This document shows, in pieces, positions 25,810 through 39,559 of a stretch of DNA of 64,000 nt (position 1 is its first letter; every line of letters begins with the position of its first letter). A model generated the notes under the pieces. The model was not told where the DNA came from, searched no databases, and saw only the letters and a list, made by a program, of their open reading frames with translations. Source of the stretch: Octopus sinensis (Eukaryota); the NCBI RefSeq assembly GCF_006345805.1, contig NC_043015.1, forward strand, positions 2,604,001 to 2,668,000. Reading direction: 5' to 3'. The translations under genes and the position numbers were made by a program.

Positions 25810-26146
25810 TTCAGAATGAGATGGAACAAAAATGAGGCAGTGAATATTTTAGAACCTATATAAATAGGTCTTACAGTTGTTTCCTGGATATTTATTACAT
25901 ACCTTAACTGGAGACGGTGTGAGAGAATGGTTAACCAATAGTTAATTTAGATAAGATACGAAATAGAGAGTGAAGTGAAGGAATGAAAATAGATGTGAGA
26001 TATGCAGTGTTATTGCATTTGTAGAGCCATTATTTAGGCAGATTGGTATACATATAAGATTCCAATACCTTGTGAGAAAAATACAATAGTATCTAAAATT
26101 GGTCACGTTTGTACACTGCTATTAAATCACGGGTTTTATTAAAATG
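25810..26146 (-). mobile_element. Penelope-like pLTR copy 1 with degenerate hammerhead (25868-25915)
   Basis: Reverse complement of 26833-27172; minus strand gtctc-cagttaa-ggtat..atatcc-ag-GAAAC-aact-GTA-agac. Confidence 0.65.
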
Positions 26147-26832
26147 TAAATGTTTGTGTGCATGCCTGTATGTATATGTGTATGTGTGAATGTATGTATG
26201 TATACCTACGTGTACAGGGGCAATCATGCATAGAGATACACGTATATGTAGGTGTGCATGTGTACATATACACATGGGTACGAGTTGTATATGTATATAT
26301 TGATATGTATAAACATTTGTGTATATATATACACATGTCTAATATATACATATGTATTCATCTTCTTAAATATATTTTCTTCTACTACTGAGCATTCACC
26401 TCTCCAATCACCTAATCTATATTCACAAATTCTTCATTCCATACTACTAACCCTCTCTCTGCCCCATCACGTAGACTCAATCACTGCATACCTGACACTT
26501 CTTTACTGTTTATAACTCTCTCTCTCTCTCTCTCACTCTATTCCTTCTATCTTTTACACTCTAATATCTTTCTCTCTATCACCTTCATATCGCCATTCCT
26601 ACTTTCAATGTATCTTGACTGACCACTAACTAGTAGGCTTTTGCTTATTATCCCTGTCCTTGCTTTTCTATCTTCTTTTTTCTTTCTCTTCGTTATTTCT
26701 CTCTTCCTGTTTTCTTCTTTTGTATTTTCTTCTTTTTTCTTCACATTTTTCCTCTCTGTTTTTTCTCTTTTCTTGTTTCCTCTCTTCCTCTTTTAGATTC
26801 GACCTTACAAATGCAATCCATACTTTTAGGTC

Positions 26833-27172
26833 GCATTAAATAAAACCCTAGATTCAATAGCACTGCGGAGAAACATTATACTTGGCTTGACCAATTTTAA
26901 ATACTACTGGATTTCAATCAAAAAGTATTGCAATCTTATATTTATACCATTCTGCCTAAATAATGGATCTACATATTCAATATTCTTGCATATCCATTTT
27001 CATTACTCAACTTCACTCTCTATTTCGCATCTCATCTAAATTAACTATTGGTTATCCATTCTCTCACAGCGTCCCATATGAGGGGATATAGTAAATATCT
27101 TGGAAACAGCCGTAAGACTTTCTATTTATAAATGATCTAAAATCTTCACGGCCTTGGTTTTTATCTAATTCG
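26833..27172 (+). mobile_element. Penelope-like pLTR copy 2 with degenerate hammerhead (27071-27118)
   Basis: gtcc-CATATGA-ggggata-tagtaaa-tatcttg-GAAAC-agcc-GTA-agac; inverted partner of 25810-26146. Confidence 0.65.
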
Positions 27173-27174
27173 GA

Positions 27175-27540
27175 AAAGACAGAAATAGCCATCTCATCAC
27201 GTTCCTCATTGTGGTCGACGTTTTTTTGGTGTCCTGTACCCATATATGCATGTATATATACATGTAGAGGTAGGTACGTACATATATGTATGTATATATG
27301 CATATGTTTTATTTATTTATTAATTTATTATATGACCGAACGCACGCATCCATTTCTCAGCCTTCATTCTTTTGGCTTTCCTTTTCTTCTACCTTACTGT
27401 CACTCCCTCTCCCTCTCTCTCTCTCTCTCATTCTTCATTCTTTGCTCTACAACCATTCCCTTTTTTCTCTCCCTTTCTCTTACTCCTCCTCCTCCTCCCC
27501 CCCGTCGTGGTGACGTGATGAGATGGCTATTTCTGTCTTT
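27175..27540. repeat. 27-bp perfect inverted repeat (27175-27201 / 27514-27540) enclosing low-complexity DNA
   Basis: AAAGACAGAAATAGCCATCTCATCACG versus CGTGATGAGATGGCTATTTCTGTCTTT. Confidence 0.9.
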
Positions 27541-27849
27541 CGTCTCCTGCTTACTTGAAGTAGAGACGGTAAAATCTGTTGCTCTCTGCCGTTCTCAAAA
27601 AATAGCTTTCGTAATTTTTTTTACCTCGTTTGGCTTAACAGCCCTTCATGTTTGTGTTACTGGTTTTCTCCGTGTCCTGTCTTTTACTGTTTATATTTTG
27701 TACTGTCGTTGCTGTCCTGTTTTTGTTACCATTTTTACCCCTCCGCAAAACAAATTCAAACTTTATTTAATTTGAATTTCGCGGGACGGAAATTTTCCTT
27801 GAAGTCATGTATCGCCTTGACCTTCGGTTTGTAAATATTGCAGAATTAA

Positions 27850-28090
27850 CTTAAAATCGAAGTACCAATCTCCAAATCCTGGCTGTCACTATCAGAGCAG
27901 ATTTGGGGGCTTGGTCTGCTCTCTAATCAATTCCGATTTCTCAGGCATATTTCTCAAAATTGGTTTTCCATGCTCCGAGTGCACCGTCAACTACTGGGAT
28001 GACAAACACTCATGACTCCTCCTGGGTTATGTTCGTACCAATTCAGTTTCTATTCCAAGGCCGTAATATTCAAATATCCTACTGTGGCTG
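27850..28090 (-). mobile_element. R4/Dong-like (RLE) non-LTR retrotransposon, C-terminal fragment
   Basis: FVIPVVDGALGAWKTNFEKYA*EIGID*RADQAPKSALIVTARIWRLVLRF* matches the RLE tail VIPVVIGALG...QKxALLGTARILR. Confidence 0.8.
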
Positions 28091-29713
28091 AAATTAGCCT
28101 TGTCATCGTAGTTCTATTGAAGCGCCTTTTGGGCCAGCTTGCTACACTCACTCAGAACATATGCCTTCCTTTCATTTTAGCTGCCTCACAACCTACAAAG
28201 AGACCACTACCTACTCTTTCCTATTTAGTGTAATTAGTTCTCAGAACTTGTTCCTGAGCACCGTATAGCAATGCTTGGGTGCATCCTTTCCGTCACTTTT
28301 TATACCCATCTCTAATTTTGGGTCTTTACTTATCCTTCGATATTTTTGAGTTATCGTCCTCCCAGAGATTTTATTTTTCAATGATTTATTTTATATTCTT
28401 CTATATTCTACTTCTACTCTTAAATGATTAGTGGTGCATCGCATTTTCAGTAGGGATTGTTTGCCAATTCTGACAGCTGCGAACAAGATTTATAATCAGT
28501 AATTTTATGATTATTATTATTGTTGTTGTTATGACGAGTCATGAAGCCCCTTGCGAGAAGGGACTAGCCGAACTTGTATATAAGAAGCTTGTTTGATTGA
28601 GGGCGAGAGATGATAAATCGCAGGTCGAATGGTGACGTTCGTGAGTTTGCAGTGACGCAAGTAACATTTGAGAATTTGTTATAGTTCGTTGAGAATTATT
28701 TTGGATTGGTTACAACTATTAGCAGTGAATGTGGGAATACAACAAGTGGACAGAGTTGGTGTCTACCAGTTCAGTGGTACTATATATCACCCTACATTGC
28801 TGTGTGGCATGAAGGTGACATATACAGAAATCACGGACGCGTCTTATCGGCACCAAATAGATGACAGGCAAGCTTTACAGTGTTTTCTATTATATTGAGA
28901 TATGCTTCCTAACCTTTCGTGAAATACCATTTGAGGATTCTTTAGTACATCTTGCCCAGTGGTTCACTCACGCAAGCTTTCTCACCAGGATAACCATGTG
29001 TATTTCTAATAATAAATAACTGCATAATATATACATTAAACTGGTAAATGGTATACGTCTTAGTTCTTTATTTTAAAATAAATCTATGGATTTTCAAAAT
29101 TACTCATGTCATTAATGTTCGTTGAATGGGTTCTCAATTTGTAAACACGTTCTGAGCACTGCCGTTCAATCAATATTCTTAGATTGAAGATTAGGTACAC
29201 GAAGGATCTGAAACGCAAATGAGTTCATTTGCGAAATGAAAGAAAGAGTGAAGTAAGATAAAGCCATATCTACAGTGTTGATTAAGATATACATCAGCTT
29301 ATTTAGATAAAGTTATCAGAGAACCAAGACAAAAGGAGGAATTAATAGACAAGAGAGTGATGACTGCATTTTTATCGTTACAACTGTATCAATTTATTTT
29401 GTAAGAAAAACTCATTTTAGAAGAATAATTCAGATGTGTTACCAACTAAGAAGAATCTAGTGAATGATTTAATAATATTCAGGTTCATTGAAGTATAAGA
29501 ATATAGAGAGCTTCAAAGATATTTGCTGCGAACAATCAACTATGACCGTTCAGTTGAAGTGAGGGAAAAGATACGTGATATATGTGTGTGGGGGTGCGTG
29601 TATATATATTATATATATATATATATATATAAAAGTATATATACATACAAAAATATATGTATATATATAAATTTATATTCATGTATATACACACACACAT
29701 ATATTATATACAG

Positions 29714-29760
<47 letters not shown>

Positions 29761-29793
29761 TATATATATATATATTATATTATAGTATATATT

Positions 29794-29827
<34 letters not shown>

Positions 29828-30078
29828 AGACTTGTATATATACATGTATATGTGTCTGTGTGAAAGTTACGTGTAAATATACTTCAATATTTAACAATAA
29901 TGTGATACATCCTCTGTTGAAGATGAAGGATATAGAGAGGGTATAAGAAATTCAACTATACGTGCAAATACATACACGCACAGAAACGTACTTATACATA
30001 AAGTAAATATATACATACATATAAACACACAAATATGTATGTATATGTATATATTTATATGTATATATATGCATACAC

Positions 30079-30169
<91 letters not shown>

Positions 30170-30389
30170 GTGTGTGTATTGTGTGTGCGTGTGTTCATAC
30201 GTAATATATATATTTAAGACTTTTGAAGAAAACTTTCTTTTCACAGCATGATATCATTCGATTGAACTTTGGCGATTTAAGATCTATATCACTGTTTGCA
30301 CGGAAATGTTGCAAGAATCGTCACTCTTGAATCAGTACTCGTAGTTTAAATTATTAATATACTGAAACAATCTATCAACCAATCAAATA

Positions 30390-30459
<70 letters not shown>

Positions 30460-30465
30460 ATATAT

Positions 30466-30559
<94 letters not shown>

Positions 30560-31464
30560 CTGTCTTATGTATGTGGCGGTAATGTGCATGAGTGTGTGTT
30601 TGTGTGCATGTGTGTGAGTGAGTATGTATTTGTTGTGTGTATATGTAACCTGCGTAACATTATCTGATATGCGCGGATTCCTCTCTCTTTAAATATGATC
30701 TCGTGTTGAAAAGTAACGTTCACTTAGAACAAACATTGTTTGTTTAATTCGCCTATGATGCACATAATAACTAACGGCAAAAGATATAAGCTTCTCATAT
30801 GTATTATATATAATACTGGAACTTACGTGTTTGAAGAACACAGCAGTAGAGTTTAGGAAGAAGAGTGATAGAGAGGGATAGAGATGGAGAGAAGAGAAAA
30901 TGAAGCAGAAATTGTGACAGGCAGAGGGGGACAAACAAATTGATATTGGGTAAGTGTAATTGTAGCTTCCGAATTTTTGATGTCGGTAAGTTTGCAATTT
31001 AACAAAATTACGTTTGTATCAAAGAGGCATGAAACGAAGCAGTCACTTTCAAATATTTACTTTGCTTAACATACATAAAAAGGAGGTAGTGGAAACTATG
31101 TTTCACAGAAACTACTCAAAGACTTAAAATGCACTCTTCAGCAACAACGGAAAACAATTGAAATTATTTGTATAACATTTAAATATTACTCCAATAAATA
31201 AAGTCAAATATTTCTTCAATAAATTTGCGAATGTATTCATGTAAAATGTGACCTACACATTTCAGTTCAATCAAATTTATAATTTTCTTGGTTGAGTTTT
31301 TTCGTCAAATCTCATTCAGTTTATTTTATTTCTCGTTGAATTAGCGTTGACATACAATAAAGATCAGTACGTTCTTGTTGATGATGGTAAATATGATGAT
31401 AATAATCTTTATAAAAAAAGAAATAAAAATAATAATAATAATAATGATAATACTAATGGTTACA

Positions 31465-32050
31465 GATTTAGCCACAAGCGCAGCTATTTGGGGGGAGAAG
31501 ATAAATCGATTATATCGAGCCCCACTATTTCACATCCCGAAATGATGAAAGCGGCACTTAGCTCATCGACCGCGAAAGGATGAAAGACAAAGTTGGCCCT
31601 GGCAGAATTTGAACTAAAAACTTGGTAACAGACGAAATAACTACTTCTTTAGTACCCACAATTGGCTAAACACAGAGAGGAAAAACACGGACGGGTTAAA
31701 TTGACCCCAGTGCGACCCCGAAAGAGAGAAAGGCAAAGACGACCTCGGTGGAATTTGAACTCGGAATGTAGCGGAAGACGAAAAACCTGTATGCATTTCG
31801 CCCGGCGTACTAATTTTTCTGCCAGCTCGCCGCCTTGTCATCCTTTACTACCCACAAGAAGCTAAACACACAGAGGACAAACAAGGATAGACAAAGGGAT
31901 TAAGTCGATTATATGGTACTTATTTAATCGACCCCGAAAAGATGAAAGGCAAAGTCGGCCTCGGCGGAATTTTAACTAAGAACGTACCGGCAGACAAAAT
32001 ACCGCTAAGCATTTCGTCCGACGTGCTAACGTTTCTGTCAGCTCGCCGAA
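31465..32050 (-). mobile_element. Cluster of SINE family C units (dimer 31465-31836; monomer 31845-32050)
   Basis: Repeated cgaccccgaaaggatgaaaggcaaagtcg..cggcggaattt and gccagctcgccgcctt heads. Confidence 0.85.
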
Positions 32051-32348
32051 TAATAAACATGTTTTCTTTGTTTCTTTATATATTAAATAAGACGAATAAT
32101 GAATGGAAGAACGATAAGTATAATAGTAACGATATTATCGAAATTATACTAATTATAATTAAAAATGCGCATGCTATAATGAATACTGCCGTTATATTTA
32201 CGAGGAAATATATATATCTTCCTTCTTGCAGTGTATTGATCATAATCTCGTATTAATAACAACAACGCTGAAGTTAATGGACATTCGCTGCAAATAAATT
32301 TTAGTGTATATGCATGTGCACCCAGCAGAGTGTTTGCACACAGAATAT

Positions 32349-32389
<41 letters not shown>

Positions 32390-32519
32390 GTATATACACA
32401 TTCAGACTGAAATTCACACACACACACTTGCATGTATGTACATACATATACAAAATTATGTAAGTACATATAGATTTAGATACGTGCCTGCGTACATGCG
32501 TTAATGTGTGTGTCGGCTT

Positions 32520-32755
32520 GTGTGTGTGTGTGTCCCTGAATTTGTCCCCACCACCATCACCACCACTACTTGATAACCGGAGCAGGTGTTTGTCTCTGCG
32601 AGACAGCGGTTCGGCAAATATCGAGAGAATCAGGACCAGACTTAACGATAGAAAAGAATAAAAAATACTGGGGCCGAATTACTGTACTAAAGTTTCTTAA
32701 AGGTGTTGACACAGCAAAACCACAGACTTATAACTGAAACAAGTGAGCGATAAAA
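32520..32755 (+). mobile_element. SINE family A, decayed 3' half
   Basis: cttgataaccgg...gcggttcggcaaa...aaggtgttgacacagca...actgaaacaagtga. Confidence 0.65.
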
Positions 32756-32881
32756 CTTGAGAAATACGTTTGTACATGTATATGTAAAGACGTACAAATT
32801 ACTGTCGGAAGTCGGGAAAATAAATTAATTTTAAGAATATATTTAAGAAGTTTGTGTCGAGTTGTTTTCTTCCGTAGAATG

Positions 32882-32985
32882 TATTAGGTTGTCCAGAAAG
32901 TTCGTGCCGATTTATAGTAGCTTACCTTTCGATTTATTTTAAAACATGGTTGAGTCCATAAAATAGGATTTGACTACAACTCTAC
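32882..32985 (+). mobile_element. Mariner-type terminal fragment
   Basis: TA-TTAGGTTGTCCAGAAAGTTCGTGCCGATTT resembles mariner TIR starts; no partner TIR found. Confidence 0.4.
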
Positions 32986-33080
32986 GTGTATGTCTCTATG
33001 ATGGTGTATGTTATTTAAAACATTTGGTTGGGTGGTTCCTTCGCGCGCGTTCTCACTATTTACATATTATAAACCGGTGA

Positions 33081-33613
33081 AAGGCGACGAGCTGGCAGAA
33101 ACGTTAGCACGCCGGGCGAAATGCTTTGCCGTATTTCGTATACCGCTACGTATACGCACTGGGGTCGATATAATCGACTTAATCCGTGTGTTTGTCCTTG
33201 TTTGTCCTCTCTGTGTTTATCCTCTTGTGGGTAGTAAATAAATAGGTATTTCGTATGCCACTACGTTCTGTGTTCAAAATCCGCCGAGGTCGACTTTGCC
33301 TTTCAAACTTTCGGGATCGATAAGATAAGTACCAGTTACTCACTGGAGTAGATATAATCGACTTAATCCGTTTGTCTGTTCTTGTTTGTCCTTTCTGTGT
33401 TTAGACCCTTGTGGGTAGTAAAAAATATAGGTATTTCGTATGCCGCTACGTTCTGTGTTCAAATTCCGCCGAGGTCGACTTTGCCTTTCATCATTTCGGG
33501 GTCGATTAAATAAATACTAATTACGCACTGGGGTCGATATAATCGACTTAATCTGTTAGTCTGTTCTTGTTTGTCCTCTCTGTGTTTAGCCCATTTGTGG
33601 GTAGTAAAGAAAT
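33081..33613 (+). mobile_element. SINE family C multimer (one head, three tails) with ~17-bp TSD
   Basis: Units ~33081-33243, ~33244-33428, ~33429-33613; flanks ATATTATAAACCGGTGA (33064-33080) and ATATTATACACCAGTGA (33614-33630). Confidence 0.9.
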
Positions 33614-35536
33614 ATATTATACACCAGTGATGAGACTGTGCAATAGACCGAATCTACTTTACTTTATTTCTATTTTCTCTCATGTTTTACAGCTATTTAT
33701 GCTCTCGTGACTTCCATAATGTTCAATCAACTCGGACTCCACAGCTGATGATATTTAAGGAGTTGAATAAACAGCCAATTTGTAGCATGACTGTAAATGT
33801 AGTTATATGAGTGTGGCTATGCTTGTATGCGTTTGTTTATGTGAGTGTGTTTGTCTGAGCGTGCGTGTGTGTGTCTGTGTGTTTCTGTGAGTATTAAGAT
33901 ACTTATATAAACTTTAAACACGTAATCACGTACATTCACATAATCACGTACGCACACATAAATTTGTCTACATCGAAACCATAAGAAAACCCACTTGCGT
34001 ACATTTATACGTGCATTTCTGCATGCGTACACATGTATATAAGCCGATATTATATGTGATTTACATATAAATAATAAACCAGATGTGAGATAATTCCTTT
34101 ATCGTATTTATTTCTGCACTATAGTGTTTCTATTATAACACTACTTCAGACATCTAATCAGAACAGGTCTAACACCATTATACTCTAAAAATTTTCGGAG
34201 ATACTTACCATTATTTCTATTTTTCAAATTAAGATAGGTGTGGCGAAAATGTCTGCTTAGCCAAATACGTCTTTTATTTCGGATAAAAGTATTGTCATAG
34301 CTGCTTATTTAAATATTTTGCCAATAGCGGCTTTCTATATTATTCGTAAACAGTACATTCATTATTTTCATTTACTCTTACCGATTGATTTACCCTATAG
34401 TTTTAGGTTTCAAAGAGCTTATAATTATATTGGCTTTGTATCACTTCCAGAGACGAAAATAACAAAAACAATACCGAAATTTAAAATCAATAAGTACTAT
34501 TCTCAACAATTTCATGTCGCTATACCTGGATTTATGGCAAAGCACGCGTGACTCGGGAACTTCTTAACAATGCACAATACATTGTAGAAAGTCGAAAACT
34601 ATGGTGTTCTATTTCTCTATCATCTGTTTCAACCCACAATATATCGATTGAGAAGTAATAACAATGAAACGGCCACAAGGCTGAAAACTCGACGTGGTTT
34701 TAATTCATTTTTAACGCAATAATACTTGCATTGTGTTAATGATATTCTGAAGAAAAGAATTGACATCACACACATAATTCCCTCCCTTCGAACCTGAAAT
34801 GCAAATAATGGTTGCCACGCAATAAATATTAATTTACCTGAAGGAATTAGGGGAGACCGTAAATTGTATTTCTTAACTGTGTTCACGACCTAGTTTAAGG
34901 TTTACAATGAATTATTAGAAGTCTCTGTAGATGACTTGCTGCCAACCAAATTCTTAGTATTCAATGTTGTAACTTTCAATGTGTGCGTCCCTAAAAATTC
35001 ATGTCTTCCATTGTTAAGTTTTGCCGTTGTACATCAAATCAAACGGAAATGAAAGACATAAACAAACGTCCACCGTATTCAATGAGTTAGTTTCGTGACA
35101 TGCATGTTTAATGTATCATAGTACATGTAATACTGCAAATGGAATTATGTTTAAAGGTCTTTCAAGTTGTCTGCAAGAAATTTGTGTATGTGTTCACATA
35201 ATTTGAAAGTATGATCCCTATGGTGATTAAAGATATATGTTTGCACGATAAAATGGCAAATTGCTCTTTTGCATACTAATATATACGCAAACTAACACAT
35301 ACTAAGATTTATTTTAAGAATATTGTAACATGTAAAAATATAGTGGGAGATATCGATATCTCTTCATTACATATGAGCTGCAGTCAAAGAAAATGGAAGT
35401 GAATGAAGCCAGTTTGAACAACGCACTGAATTTTGCAGAAATTATTTTCTATTATAACCATAAGAGTTTAAATTTTAGGGTGGGGATCTAGCCTGAGAAA
35501 TGCTGATGAGCGTTTTATGCAGCCAGGTAATGATTC

Positions 35537-35762
35537 ATATTTCTTTATCGACAACAAGGGACAAAACATAGAGGGGACACATAAGGACACACAAACGGAT
35601 TAAGTCGAACACATCGACCCAAGTGCGTAACTGGTACTTAACATATCGACCCCGAAAGGATGAAAGGCAAAGTCAACCTCCGCGGGATTTGAAATCAGAA
35701 CCCAGCTGCGGACGAAATACCACAAAGCATTTTAACCGGCGTGCTAACGTTTTTGCCAGCTC
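35537..35762 (-). mobile_element. SINE family C with perfect 18-bp TSD
   Basis: GCAGCCAGGTAATGATTC at 35519-35536 and 35763-35780. Confidence 0.9.
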
Positions 35763-36049
35763 GCAGCCAGGTAATGATTCTACCAGGTCACCGAGTTCTG
35801 CAGCAGAAATAAGAATGCAAGTTATTCACTCAAAACGGAAGTGATATAATGTAGAAAGATACAGTTTATTCTCGGATAGCTCTTTCAACTTAAAATAATG
35901 GCATTCATTACGTTTCAAAATCGCTCAACTACCTCTTATCATACGACAGTGTAGCTTGCCCAAGCTCCAGAGCAAAATTGATAATTGCACTTAGGTGTAA
36001 CGGTTGTATGTTACACATCTTTTTTTCATGGTTAATTTCACAGATATGA

Positions 36050-36360
36050 CTGCCTATGGCTTAGTTTTTAGGGGATTCGGCCCATGATCGTAAGTTCGAG
36101 AGTTCAATTCCGCGCGGCGTGTTGTGTGCTTGGGTAAGCACACATATCATATTTCTCCAATCGACTCAGCTGGCCAAATTGAGCGGTAACTGTATATCAA
36201 ATGGGAGCCTTGTCAAATTCTGTTTCACCCTGAATCTTCATTAGAATTACGTTAACGGTACATGTGTCTGTGGAGCGCTCATCCATTTGAACTTTAATTT
36301 CATGAGCATGCTATTCCGCTGATCGGATAAAGTGGAACCCACGTCGTTTTAGTCGACATA
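36050..36360 (+). mobile_element. SINE family B, full-length, diverged
   Basis: tggcttagt..ttagggg attcggcccatgatcgtaag..gagttcaattcc..ttgtgtgcttgggtaagc; colinear with the reverse complement of 5416-5731. Confidence 0.8.
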
Positions 36361-36519
36361 ATCCCAGACTTTTTTATATGTTCCTGGCTAATATTCGACT
36401 ACTTATATGTAATTGTTTGTGCACCAAAATCCTATAGAGGAGCACTAAATTATCGTCACCGAAATAGAAATATGAGACATTTACTTCAAAAATTAATTGC
36501 AAATTTTTCGGAAAAGCCC

Positions 36520-36690
36520 AGTAATTTCGTGTGAAATTACATCGACCCAAGTGTTCAACTGGTACTTACTTTATCGATATAGAAATGATGAGAACCAAAG
36601 TTGAACTTGACGGAATATAAAGACATGAAGTCGAACGAAATAAAGTTAAACATTTCACCCGGCGTGTTAACGATTCTGCCACGTCGTTGT
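36520..36690 (-). mobile_element. SINE family C, decayed
   Basis: atcgacccaagtgttcaactggtacttactttatcga...cccggcgtgttaacgattctgcca. Confidence 0.7.
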
Positions 36691-36947
36691 AGTAGTTAAT
36701 CTTTGATCGTGAGTGGGGAGTTGCAGCGAAGTATTGTCATCTGTTACAGAAGACAGCTAACTTGCAAGATATAGAAAGGAAATGGCTCTGTAAATATATA
36801 TATTCTTCAATTCTGCATTGGACAATCTGACAACATATTTTACTCTGTATGTTGTAAATGTGTACGTACATATTTTATCAGACCTCACAGTGTTATATTA
36901 AACTATTCTATTTTGCGTTACAAACTGCGTAATCCTCTCAAGAGATC

Positions 36948-37337
36948 TTTGTTTTCCATCTGCGTAATTAAGTTGTGCAACTCTACGTTGAATTTGATAA
37001 ACAAGAGATGAACGTATGCTTCGGAATAACATTTATATTACTGTTTTCCAATGGAATACAAGATAATGTATCGTATGTTTAACACGTCTCAACATTCGGT
37101 GATAGAATGTTACTGTGTTTCATACATGTTCTCTCAGATCTGTACAGTGATGTCCAAAAGTATCACACGCTGCTGAGCTTTGTTTTCCATCTAATGAAGT
37201 AGCTTATGCAAACGCATGTTCTCGTTTATAAACAAGAAACGTACGAATTATTTCGAATAACATTTATATTGCAGTTTTGAATAGGATATGAAATATTGCA
37301 TCATATGTTAAACACGTTTCAACATCTGGTGAAAGAA
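36948..37337 (+). repeat. Old direct duplication (~160-bp units, period ~230 bp)
   Basis: tttgttttccatct...ataaacaaga...gaataacattt...aacacgt(c/t)tcaacat..ggtga at 36948-37108 and 37178-37337. Confidence 0.8.
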
Positions 37338-38048
37338 AACTCCATCTTCATAATGAAATACTATACAAAATGCCGAATGTGAAGTTTCTTTGAATATAAT
37401 TTGCACTGTATTAAAGAAAGTTTGTTCCATTAACAAAATGCTAATTAAATGCTTTTAGATTACGTCTGTAAGCCTGATAGAAAGAGCCATAAATTCCTTT
37501 ATAGACAGCATCGCTTCGTTGGAATTGAGTGGTCCACAATCTAGCGTAAGCAACATTAAACTATACCAATCGATAGCGTATTACTTAATTAACCCTGTAC
37601 ATATACACACTAACCTTACTGACGCCAAGACTTGTCAAAGAATGTGTAATAATGAGCAGAGTTAATTAAGATAATATCATAAAATTAAGAAATCTGAATA
37701 TTTATGTTTGAAGAATGTATATAGTTGACACGGAGGTTATTTCTTTAGTATGCAAGTAAACCCTTTAATCATGATAAATATTGCAGTGTTACAGAGAGAA
37801 AATTATTCCAGTCTGTCTGGGAGTTATGTGATATATAATGTTTCTAGTGTAAATTTGATCCCCTTATCCTTTGACTCACATATATATACGCATATACATA
37901 CGTGTGTAGATATATATATGTATATATACATAATTATCTGTGTATCTATCTATGTATATATACATATCTATCTGTGTATCTATCTATGTATATATATGCA
38001 TATCTATCTATGTATCTATCTATGTATAAATATGCATATCTATCTGTG

Positions 38049-38085
<37 letters not shown>

Positions 38086-38713
38086 ATATATATATATATA
38101 TATACATATATATATACATATTAGTCTCTGTGTGTTTGCATATGTATTCATGTATGCAAGTAGTTTCTGTAATGTAGTCGGGTGAAGAATACGAACGAAA
38201 TGAAAATCATGAATTATAAATAACATTAAGTCCATAATATTTAAAGAAACTTAATACAATAAAGAATTTTCTAAAATAGTGATTTGTTTTATTTATGGAA
38301 GATTAAAACAAGAAAATGCATAAAGATAAGCAACTTAGCAGTAATTTTATATAAACATTTTAATATTTAATGCATTTCATGTTGTATCAAATATTTTCTC
38401 TATATAATGAGAATTTAGAAGCTCAGAAAGAGACCGACAAAGAAATTTCCTTTGTCGCGGGGATCAAAATAGGCGGCCGTTTATATTATTTAAGTCGACG
38501 GGTACCTAAAATTTCGTTCAGGCAAAAGTAATGAAGAGTGCAATATCAAAAGAAGAAGCAGATAATCTAACACCCACAAAAACACACAGATACAGACACA
38601 TACAGACACACTCACACATACATCCCTGCCATACAGCACACATATCAACGCACATGCACGCATGCACTCCGATATGTATAAATGTTGTTTACAAGGAGTT
38701 CAATATTCTAAGG

Positions 38714-38996
38714 CTATCAGATGTTGCTACACATCGCTGGTCACAATGCGCTTCGCATTGTTTTATCCTTTAAATGACGCCACCCCGCTGGCTAAGCGAG
38801 CAGGCCAACAGAAGAAAGAGTGAGAGAAAGTTGTGGCGAAAGAATACAGCAGGGATCGCCACCACCCCCTGCCGGAGTCTCGTGGAGCTTTAGGTGTTTT
38901 CACTCAATAAACACTCACAACGCCCGGTCTGGGAATCGAAACCGCGATCTTACAACTGCGAGTCCGCTGCCCTTACCTCGGGGCCATTGCGCCTCC
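38714..38996 (-). mobile_element. SINE family D, full-length, tRNA-derived head
   Basis: Head GGAGGCGCAATGGCCCCGAGGTAAGGGCAGCGGACTCGCAG...GGTTTCGATTCCC with A/B boxes. Confidence 0.85.
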
Positions 38997-39030
38997 GCAC
39001 ACACACACACACACACACACAGACACACAT

Positions 39031-39454
<424 letters not shown>

Positions 39455-39559
39455 ATATATATAAACAAAGATATATATGTATAAACAAAGATATATTAAT
39501 GTTTGTTATTATGCCTACAAAAGCTAGCTCACTGTAAGCAACATTCTACAATCAGAATA

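Noticed and set aside
27209-27775. 188-aa ORF
   Set aside because: Low-complexity translation of CT-rich repeat DNA with no recognisable domain.
28525-28700. Solo LTR
   Set aside because: Only a TG start and a TATA-like motif; no CA end, TSD or second copy identified.
33740-33780. Isolated CTGATGA hits (also 35503 and 58858)
   Set aside because: No stem II followed by GAAA and NUH; chance heptamers.
34205-34300. Minus-strand exon ending at ATG|GTAAGT
   Set aside because: Strong donor but no good acceptor and no recognisable peptide; such donors are expected by chance in 64 kb.
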